Source: Paraspadella gotoi | Lineage: Eukaryota > Animalia > Chaetognatha | Length of the DNA: 64,000 nucleotides | Reading direction: 5' to 3' | NCBI GenBank assembly: GCA_051294375.1 | Contig: CM119265.1 | Coordinates: forward strand, 4,467,056 to 4,531,055 | Part shown: positions 13,472-23,310 of the stretch, piece by piece | Numbering within the stretch: the first letter of the stretch is position 1 | Layout: the number at the start of each line of letters is the position of its first letter | Translations under genes and position numbers: made by a program | Notes under the pieces: generated by a model | Database searches by the model: none | What the model was told of the DNA's origin: nothing | The model's input: the letters and a program-made list of their open reading frames with translations, nothing else

Positions 13472-14116
13472 TTTCAGAATAAATTAAAGAATAAATCGAG
13501 GTAGATTTTTTTAAATTTTATTTTCGTTTGATTTTGTATTTAGAAACCATGAATTTTTTTGTCGCGTGATAGCGTTTATAAACAATGTTTGAAATATTTC
13601 GTTTTTAATTTTTTTAGGAAATATTATTAAAAGAATACAAACAGGAGCTAGTTATTAGTATCAGCAGGTGAAAGTGAGTTTTCGTCGAATTCTGTTAACA
13701 TTACATTAACATTAACATTAACATTAACACTGTTAACATCGATGACGACTTTATTATCTTTGAATGTCAGTCTAATAGAACTTAACATTTTAAGATCCGT
13801 TCGTTTTCGTTGAGAATTCTAGCAGTTGTTAATGTCACCAACTCATTGAATTAAATGAACTTATAAATAAAGACTTGGACTGGAGTTCATTCAAAAATCA
13901 AGTTTTCGGAAAGAGAAGTTTTTCTATCTGTTTAATATCTAATTTCGGTCAATTATCCGACTGTACCGCAACTAAAATAATCGGCTTCATTCGCTCACTA
14001 ATGAATTGTAATAGAAAAATCCAAAAATTATCAGGAAAAAAAAATTTACAGCAATTAACAACTGTAGTCGGGCATTGCCTAGGTTCACCCCGCCTAGAAG
14101 CTGAACTTTCAGTTGT

Positions 14117-14338
14117 GACCCGGTGGCTCATTGAGTAAATCCATCAGCTCATAACCACTAGGTGCCGGGTTCAATCCCAACCCGGTACCTACCCTGAGCG
14201 AGGCGGCCGTAACATTATTAAACATGGCCAATTACCCTCAAGCCTGGTTCCAAGCCCAGGGACCCGTTCCATGGCTGCTTGAAGGCGTTATAGAAGTTAC
14301 GGACAGTCATCTTCAGCCCATGTACACCTTATCCACAG
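14117..14338 (+). mobile_element. tRNA-derived SINE-like element (3' boundary approximate)
   Basis: Head GACCCGGTGGCTCATTGAG (A box) ... CTCATAA (Met-like anticodon loop) ... GGTTCAATCCC (B box). Stems are degenerate and a non-tRNA body follows. Confidence 0.6.
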
Positions 14339-14638
14339 AACAGAATTTTCCTTCGTAAGAATTCGGTTAACTACAGGAAATTTGTGTATTGAAATATCAA
14401 ATTAGACGTTACCATAAAAAGAAACATGATTCTATTCGCATCAGTGAAAACCTTAAAAGATAATACGCATTACGCAATGACAAGTAAACTAACCTTCGCT
14501 TTGAAAAAAGCCAGTGACTCTTCTTCCTCTTCCCTCAGGCAAAACAAAGCTCTCAGTTTTGTTTTCATGATCTTGATTGTTTTATGTTCGTGTTGTATTT
14601 TTAAAAATGTAAGTTTTCATTAAATAGTTTTTTTTTTT

Positions 14639-15304
14639 TAATTATGTTCGAATCGACCAATTGCTAAATCTAGCTTTTTCCGCCGAAGCTAAATCTAGCT
14701 TTCTGCCGAAGCTAAATAAATTTTCCTAATATGGTCAATTTTGGTTTCTCCAAAAGCTACTGTATTAAATGGCCAAATAGGAAATGTTTTGCTTTCCCCT
14801 AAAGCTAAATGTATTCAAATGCCCAAATAAGGAAATGTTTAGCTTTTACCCAAAGCTAAATCGTTTTTAAATTCCCAAATAAGGAAATATTTAGCTTTCC
14901 CCTAAAGCTAAGGTCTTTTGATAATCTTTTAATAAATCTTAATATAAAAAGACCTCCCTACTTTTTTAGACACTTTTCGCCACAAATTGTAACCGCCTCT
15001 TGCAAACAAAACTGTTATGACCGATTTGAATACATTTAGCTTTAGGGGAAAGCAAAACATTTCCTTATTTGGGCATTTGAATACATTTAGCTTTAGGGGA
15101 AAGCAAAACATTTCCCCATTTGGCCATTATAGCTTTTGGAGAAACCAAAATTGACCATATTAGGAAATTTAAAATCAGGATTTAGCTTCGGCGGAAAGCA
15201 AAATTTAGCTTCGGCAGAAAGCTAGATTTAGCTTCGGCGGAAAGCTAGATTTAGCTTCGACAGAAAGCTAGATTTAGCAATTGGTCGATTCGATAACTTA
15301 ATTA
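14639..15304. mobile_element. Foldback/MITE-like element with long modular terminal inverted repeats
   Basis: Arms are built from ~23-bp (agctaaatctagctttctgccga) and ~51-bp (ggaaatgttttgctttcccctaaagctaaatgtattcaaatgcccaaataa) subunits, with different copy numbers on each side. No ORF. Confidence 0.55.
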
Positions 15305-15661
15305 AAAAAAAAACAAAAGAAAACTTATTTTAATGAAAACTTCTTAACAATTTTTCGAGAGAAAAAGGTCGAACATTTAAGATTACTAATCATCGATATC
15401 ATTTCTCGCGCCTAAGTCCAACTCAAAAAGCGAAAGAATGAAAACAAAACTGAGAGCTTTGTTTTGCCTGAGGGAAGAGGAAGAAGAGTCACTGGCTTTT
15501 TTCAAAGCGAAGGTTAGTTTACTTGTCATTGCGTAATGCGTATATATCTTTTAAGGTTTTCACTGATGCGAATAGAATCATGTTTCTTTTTATGGTAACG
15601 TCTAATTTGATATTTCAATACACAAATTTCCTGTAGTTAACCGAATTACCGAATTCTGTTT

Positions 15662-15894
15662 CTGTGGATAAGGTGCTACATGGGCTGAAGATGACTGTCC
15701 GTAACTTCTATAACGCCTTCAAGCAGCCATGGAACGGGTCCCTGGGCTTGGAACCAGGCTTGAGGGATGCCATTGGCCATGTTTAATAATCGTTACGGCC
15801 GCCCTCAGGCTCCACTGGGTAGGTACCGGGTTGGGATTGAACCCGGCACCTAGTGGTTATGAGCTGATGGATTTACTCAATGAGCCACCGGGTC
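15662..15894 (-). mobile_element. tRNA-derived SINE-like element (mirror copy in the right arm of the palindrome)
   Basis: Reverse complement of 14117-14338 with small indels. Confidence 0.6.
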
Positions 15895-16545
15895 ACAATG
15901 AAAGTGTCACGTTCTAGGCGGGGTGAACCTAGGCAATGCCCGACTACAGTTGTTAATTGCTGTAAATTTTTTTTTCCTGATAATTTTTGGATTTTTCTAT
16001 TACAATTCATTTAGTGAGCGAATGAAGCCGATTATTTTAGTTGCGGTACAGTCGTGATAATTGACCGAAATTAGATATTAAACAGATAGAAAAACGTTCT
16101 CTTCCGAAAACTTGATTTTTGAATGAACTCCAGTCCAAGTCTTTATTTATAAGTTCATTTAATTTAATGAGTTGGTGACATTAACACCTGCTAGAATTCT
16201 CAACGAAAACGAACGGATCTTAAAATGTTAAGTTCTATTAGACTGACATTCAAAGATAATAAAGTCGTCATCGATGTTAACAGTGTTAATGTTAATGTTA
16301 ATGTTAATGTTAATGTTAACAGAATTCGACGAAAACTCACTTTCACCTGCTGATACTAATAACTAGCTCCTGTTTGTATTCTTTTAATAATATTTCCTAA
16401 AAAAATTAAAAACGAAATATTTCAAACATTGTTTATAAACGCTATCACGCGACAAAAAAAATTCATGGGTTTCTAAATACAAAATCAAACGAAAATAAAA
16501 TTTAAAAAAAATCTACCTCGATTTATTCTTTAATTTATTCTGAAA

Positions 16546-18855
16546 CTACTTTCGTCCAAATGACAAACTCTGATCCCCACAAGCTTCATTCCCTATTCGT
16601 TCCTTCTTGAATCCTTCAAAAACGAGTCGAAGTTCCCTTGCCGGTTTCGATCCCCGATAGTAAACGCTGGGGGCGTCCTGGCCGACGAGCCGTTCCAACG
16701 CCGTCGTGACCGCGCGATAGTTGTCGACCTCGAGGACGACGCGAGCCTCGGCGGAATCGTCGTCGTCGGGCACGGGACTGATTCGCGCGGCGTTGGCGTC
16801 CACGACGCCGTAGCGAGAGAAGATGGCGCTCAGGCCGGAAACGTCGGCGCTGGACGGAAGGTTAAAGACGCGGAAGGTTAGGCGCCAACAGAAGGAATAG
16901 GGTGCCTCGTTACTGAAAGTAAAAATACCACACGTTACTTAAGCATAAACATTACATACAAATTACCATTGACGCAAATACCGAGATGCAACTGTCGATC
17001 TGCGCTGACGCTCTGAGCCGCGAACAGGGCCGAACGACTTTGGAAAAGTCGACCGGAGCAAGGGATTAGGCGGCGTTTGTAATGGGGAGAGGGAAGCAGA
17101 CGCATCAGAAGTGGGGAAAAGACCTGAGGGAATCTTCATGAGAGGGACCAGACCCTTAAAGGAGTTGGACCGTTCGAACTTATTCGAGGATCCGTCAAAT
17201 GCGCGGTCGCCGGACGAATTGGATCTCTTATAAATAAATGACGTCGATTGATTCGCTGAAGAGTCGAACTCAAAGTCCTTGGCGGATTTGAACTTTTTGA
17301 AATTATTGGAGAATCCATAATGTGGACGGCCGTCGGAGGCCCAGTTGCTTGACAAATTAGATCGCTTATTGATGAACGATGTCGAATGATCCGCTAAAGA
17401 ATCGAACTTTTTCGTTTTATTTCCGATGGTTATGGTCATCCGGTCTTGATGTTTCTCTGACGAAATGCTTTCATCTTCTTCGTGGATTTTATTTTGCTCG
17501 TTATCTCGATCATTCCTATTCCTTTTCTTCTTCATCTGATCCTTTTTCTTTTTCATTTTAACCATTCCCCTTTTCTTCTCATCGTCAGTATTTTCTTCAT
17601 CCGAGGACCTTTCGTCTCTTTTCCTCCTTTTGACGCTATCCCCATCCTCTGAGCGATCGTCGTTGTCGTCGTCGTCTTCCATCTCCCATCGTCTCTTCCA
17701 CAGCCCATCCTTGGATCGGCTTCGCAATCTTCTCAAATCTTCGAGAAGCATCTCGTTTCTCTCCTTTTCCTTATCGATCTCGCGCATGATCTCCCCGCCT
17801 CTCGTCAACTCTCTCGTCAACTGCTCCTCCAACGCCACGACCTCCTCCGTCGCCGCCTTCAGTCGCTCTGCCGCGACGCTGCTCCGTACGCGGAGGAGCT
17901 GCTCGGAATTCCACGTGTCGTCGACGGTTTCCAACGGTCCCGTCGTGGACTCAGACGAGTTGGAAGTTTCCTCTTTCAACGCAATGGCTCCTTTACCTTC
18001 TCCGCTGACGTTAGTCTTCGAACAATTTTTAAACAGATCGCAAATGTCGAGTTCGTTGTTTTCTTGCTTCTCATTAGAATCGGAATCTATTCTCGCATTA
18101 GGGTCTGCGAAATAATTTTGATTTTTGAAAATTGTATCCTCGTCCGGGATTTCTCCCGGTTCAAGTTCGTCGACATCGTTTACGTTCTCTGACGACGAAC
18201 GAAGACGAAATTCCTCGTTTTTCGTCGAATTATTTAGGGGCGTCTCGGGAATTGCGGAACCGATCAAGTTGACCGTGGCAGTAGAAGTTGTAGCATCGTC
18301 CACAATCATGGAACGGTTCGTTGTGTCCTTGGCGCCCAATGGAGGAGATGAGATTTGATGAGATGACGACGATGACGACGACGACGTTTTGTGAGGCTTC
18401 GATTGAGACTCGATCGTTAGATTCGAAACTGTCTTAAAAGAGGGAGTCGATCGAGTTGGAGACGATAATGAGTTTGATTCGACTCTTGAATTGTTTTGAT
18501 TAAGCGTCGTGTTTAACAAGATTGACGTAGAACTAGACGTTGAACTAGAAGACTCGAAATTCATTGCGACCGGCGTCGATTCGGTCGCGTTTTTCGGCGC
18601 AAGCGTTTCTCTCTCGGCGCCGGAATAATCTCCGGCGTCGAAAGTCGCCACTTCTCCGTCGTTTGACAGCCTTGCGTCGGTAAGCCGCCTAGTATCGTAT
18701 CCGGCATTGTCGGTAATCAGATTTACTGCACATTGTCGACAGAGTCGCTGCGCGAGCGAGAGTAATCCGGATTCGGTCAGAGAGAGGCCCAGCGTCACTT
18801 GATGAAGGAGTGACATCATGAGGTCGAGGGAACCGAGAGGGTTTTGATCGGACAT
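16546..18855 (-). CDS. Nested gene C: uncharacterised 751-aa protein with coiled-coil and C-terminal RRM-like domain; complement(join(16546..16912,16967..18855))
   Basis: 630-aa ORF, then a 54-bp GT-AG intron (TG|gtaatt...ctttcag|T), then in-frame exon WRLTFRVFNLPSSADVSGLSAIFSRYGVVD...EARVVLEVDNYRAVTTALERLVG..RELRLVF. Total 2256 nt. Confidence 0.82.
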
Positions 18856-20054
18856 TTTTGATAACGAGCGATCGAAATTTAAAGTTTAATAACAAGTTTG
18901 ATTGTAATGTTGAACCGATTTAGAAAAAAAAGTGAGGAATTTTAATGCATAGACGAAGCAATGAAACTGTCTAAAAATCACGGACTTAAGTTTTATTTTT
19001 AAAAAGTGAGTCATCGAATGAGCTGTATACCCTTTCGTTCAAAATATTAAACACCGTTTTTTTAGTAAAAAATATTTTTTTCATTTAAAAAGAACTGTGA
19101 AAAAAGAATTTCGAGGCTTTTAAACTTTTTTAACTTTTTCCATGATTGATGGGATGTGAGATGAAGTTAAGCTTTAAAAATGAATTAAGGATCGTGCTTT
19201 TCGTGTTTACTGAAGAATTCTTTGTCTATGAGACTAGTTTCTGATTATTACGTATTAGTTTGAAGAGATCGAAATTTGTGATGAGGTGGCGAAGACGCTA
19301 AAAAAATCTGAGAATGTTGATGTTGGCTCTTGTTGAACTTTTATTATTTTTTTTTTTAGGAAAAAAAACTATGACAGCTATTCTGGAAGACCACGACTCA
19401 GTGGGGAGTCCGACAAATATATTATAAGCGAGACAAACCATAGCAAATATGTTGATCACAGAAAAAGAGACAATAATGTTGAGGCTTGAAACGGTTGAAT
19501 CTCTCGTGACTACGGCCAAGACCGAAGAACCCCGTTGAAGCCGAGACGAACGAGATCAATGACCGGAGGTCAAAGGTCATGTGACCGTTGAGGGAAAAGA
19601 GAGAAAAGGGGCCGGGGTAGCTCGGCCTCTCTATGAAATTTATACAATGCTCAATACTTCAACCATCAAGTTCATATTTGGTAGGAAGGTAAGGTACCAT
19701 GAGACCTTTATTGTCCATATGTATCATACTTGTGCAGAGACATGATCACCTGTAAAATCGGTCACATGACCAGAAACTGATAGGGGCATAATTCATGAAA
19801 AACTGAGGTATTAGAGTTAATACATGGCAGACTGAAAATCAGTAAGTGCTTCATATGCATGTGTTTCATACTTGTGTAGTCATGTGATCTCACAGAACTG
19901 CGGTCATGTGATCAGAAAGTAAGTGCGGCATATTTCGTGCAGTGTTAGGTTGTTTGACTTGATACTTAAAAGAGAAGTAATATACAATAAGATGCTTGTT
20001 TTGTATGTGTTTAATGTAAGTGCAGTCATGTAACCATCGGGAAATGCGTCCGCG

Positions 20055-20100
20055 AAAGAAAGTCACTGCGGCGCAACACATTGAACTTGCCGATTCTAGT
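20055..20100 (+). mobile_element. Helitron-like 3' terminus (dispersed repeat)
   Basis: aaagtcactgcggcgcaaca...ttgccgattCTAGt: an imperfect GC hairpin followed by CTAG|T. A similar sequence occurs at 63512-63556. Confidence 0.45.
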
Positions 20101-20130
20101 TTGTGAAGCTTGAGGTTGGTATTTACATTT

Positions 20131-20345
20131 CTCAAAACTGTCATCTAAATTTTAGACTAAAACAGTTGTATGTATACATCTAAATTTTATAGTAAAACAG
20201 TTGTATGTATACATGCTTTAGATGACAGTTTGAGTAATTTAGCACAATTTTATGTATTTGTGCTCTAGATGACAGTTTTGAGTAATTTAGCAAATTTTAT
20301 GTATTTATGCTCTAGATGACAGTTTTAGTAATTTAGCACAATTTT
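20131..20345. repeat. Minisatellite (~36-bp and ~43-bp units) with a short inverted repeat
   Basis: Unit tagatgacagttttgagtaatttagcac.. occurs three times. ctcaaaactgtcatctaaa is inverted relative to it. Confidence 0.7.
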
Positions 20346-20408
20346 TCAGCCCCTCTTTTTGCTAAGGTTTTAAACTCTCAAACTCTCCATTCCCCCCCCC
20401 CCGAACAG

Positions 20409-20646
20409 GTGACCGAGATTCACAACAAAGTCACCGGCTCGCCCCACGTCTCCCCCGACGGGCGTCACGTGGTTTCTCTGGAGGCTGAGACGGTCTCGGT
20501 CCAAAATGTCCGGGCGGGCGGTGACGGTGACGACGACGGCGACGAGAACGAAGAGATTCCTCCGTCGCTGCCGACGCTACAGATGGCGTTCGAGATTCAC
20601 ACTGACCTTCACGTCTCCGGGATCGCGTTCGTCCCGTCCCAATCGG
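20409..20646 (+). CDS. FSTL5: FSTL4/5-like penultimate exon
   Basis: gaacag|GTG...TCGG|gtgaga. Translates VTEIHNKVTGSPHVSPDGRHVVS... (compare 'VTGTPHTSPDGRFIVS'). Continues in phase 0 from 6206 across a 14.2-kb intron. Confidence 0.9.
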
Positions 20647-20837
20647 GTGAGATCTTTTGATGATGAGAACAGATTTAAATTTTGGTTTCCGAATGGGAAA
20701 TGAAACTCGTTAAAGATTGAAAAAAAAAAACTGAAATGACTCTTTGCTTATGTTATGTAAAGTGGTTTTTGTTATCCTCGTACTTACTTTTTTACAACTT
20801 ACCCACCCTTGACTCCGCCCTTATGACCAAAAAAAAG

Positions 20838-21208
20838 GGTCCGGCTACGACGTCTTCATCTCCTCAGTGGACAAAGGCGACGTTCTCTTCGTCAACCTGT
20901 TGACGGGCAAGGTCGAGTTGTTGACCGGCGTCAAGCGCCCTCCGCTCGTCGCCGCGGCGCCGTGGGAGACGGCGCCGGGTTCCGGACGGGCTCGTCGAAC
21001 GAACGACGCCGGCCAGACGCCCACTTCGCCGACCTGGGCGGAACGCCCTCTCGTCGCCAGCGGCGTTTTCGGACAGTTTCTCGTGACGCCGGCCGCCAAG
21101 AGCGTCTTTTTCCTCAATCAAAACCTTCACAAGGTGCAGTGTGAAGTCGGCGAGGTGAATCACGGCAACGTCATCGCTTGGACTAAAGTTCCGGCCAAAA
21201 ATCGGTGA
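20838..21208 (+). CDS. FSTL5: FSTL4/5-like terminal exon
   Basis: Translates SGYDVFISSVDKGDVLFVNLLTGKVE...SGVFGQFLVTPAAKSVFFLN..KVQCEVGEVNHGNVIAW..*, resembling the FSTL4/5 C-terminus 'SGLFGQYLLTPA..LRCEV'. Stop TGA at 21206-21208. Confidence 0.92.
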
Positions 21209-23310
21209 TGCCGAGTCGGACCCCATATTTTTTCTTTTTGAGATTTTTTTTTTCTTGCGGGCGACAGCGAGTTTACACGATGAGATTATCGAAGATTGAA
21301 TTAATTGATAAAAAAATATTAATTATATGAATCAAGATTGAAACTTCTTCGCAGTCGACCGTATTTTTTACGAAAAAAATAATAACCATTTCCCTATCAT
21401 TTAATTTCTTAACTACATGTTCATAGTGTACAGAATTTTTTTGCTTGTAATCTGATCTATCTTTATTCCTTACCGAGCTTGTTCTCTCTCCTCTCCTTTC
21501 CTCTCTTCTCCTCTCTTCCACTCTCCTCTCTTCTCTTCTCCTCTCTTCTACTCTCCTCTTCTCCTCTCTTCTCCTCTCCTCTCTTCTCCTCTCTTCTCCT
21601 CTCTTCTCCTCTGTTCGTGCGCTTTTTGTGGTCATCCGTATGTTTGATGTATGTTTTTTTCCTTGTGCAGCTCTACACACCAACATCGATGGACATCCTG
21701 GAGATAAAAATTTAATTTTTTTTTCAGATTTTATGGTAAACTTTATGAAATTGTGAGACATTACGTTTGAATGATCGAAACTTCGTATGCCTAACGCAAT
21801 GCATACGCTAATTAGCATGGTTGTTACCTAAAAAGGTATCAAAATTTTTTTTCATTAATGAATATTTTATATTCATCTTCAAACTTATCAATAAATTTGC
21901 GATCATATCAATTTTTAAAATATAACTTTAGAAATATGTTTCATTGAAAATAATTTTTTTTTATCCTTATTTCATATGAGAAAAAATGATTTAAAATATA
22001 AAATTATCATATGTTTTTTAAGAGTAACGTGCATATCTGAAAGAGCAACTTAAAACTCTCATATCAGAGACTTAGCATCTAGAAATAGAAAACAGCATGG
22101 TTTTAAACTAAAAGTTATAATGTAAAATTTTCATATCTTGTAAGGTCATATCTTTGTATCATTATGGGCATCGATATAAGAATGAATAATAATTTTTTAT
22201 TTACTGTAGGCCGCAAATCAAGTAACGAAGTAAAATTTTTTTTGTGGCACGATCCCCAGAATCTAATCCAAGCCAAATCTGCAATTAGAAAATTGGAGGC
22301 ATGTATTTTAGCCACGTTGGGTATGGGCCATAGATTTAGATAAAGAATATTTTAATATGCCCAAGTTAGTTTATCCTAATTTGTCACCAATTAATTTGAC
22401 CCTTGATATCACTATGGAGAAGCATATCGTCGGAAACAAAGTCATATCTGGAATAGATTTGTTAGGGTCTGTTATCTCCAGCATATCTAATCAGTTTGGG
22501 AGTAGTAGACCCTTAACATATCTGGAATTCCTCTAGAGAACTAGAAACATTTCAACCTCGGTTGAAAACCCACATATCACTAAGGGATGTCTTGTGCATA
22601 AAGTTTATACGTTTGCGCTACTTATGTGACGCTTCACATTGTATAAACTAATGTTGATTGTTCTCAAATCATGCTTTCACGTGCGCCAACAATCACAAAT
22701 GTTTAAATGTTAGCTTCTGAAGATGTAGTTGTTGTCCACTAGACGCATATCAAGAGAAACGGCTTTGGATGAGGGCTCCGATTAATATCCATTCTCTGTC
22801 GATCCAAAACACTTTTAGAATAACATTTTGACCTGCTTCATCTTTTCTTCAAGGTCAATGATAGCCCAAGTCAGAAGGTCATGTTTCTAGGCTAGCTGAA
22901 TTCCACAGCATGAAAATTATTAACATTAGCTCTTGTTTTGAAATTAAAGGGGCTTTTTTAGAAAGAGTATTGTAATGTCTCGTAATTTTTACCAATAAAA
23001 ATTGCAATTTCAATTAAAATCGCCTCATGACAAGAAAACAAAGAAAATTAATATTTTTACCTGCTGAAAAAATTTTGTGTTTAAAGGTAATTTAAAATTT
23101 CGTGTTTAAAGGTAATTTAAAAAGTAACTCGGAAGCAGAAATGTAATTTGTAAATATTTCTTCAGTGATGCCATCGATATCGCACATTATTTGTTACAAT
23201 CCTATTTGTATTCAATTATCGGAACGTAAACTAACACTTAACTTATATGGAAATAAACGTATACACCCCAATTTTATTTTTGAAAATCAGATATTCAGAT
23301 ATTCAGATAT

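Larger units (their letters stand above)
10331..19702. repeat. Large inverted duplication: arms ~10331-14911 and ~15023-19702, spacer ~110 bp
   Basis: tcatggtaccttacc at 10331 is the reverse complement of ggtaaggtaccatga ending at 19702, and homology was followed through both arms. The left arm starts just after an N gap. Confidence 0.92.

Noticed and set aside
14117-14190. Functional tRNA-Met gene
   Set aside because: Anticodon and acceptor stems do not pair properly and there is no poly-T terminator; better explained as a SINE head.
14660-15290. CRISPR-like repeat array
   Set aside because: Units abut without unique spacers and are arranged as inverted arms; the context is eukaryotic with no cas genes.
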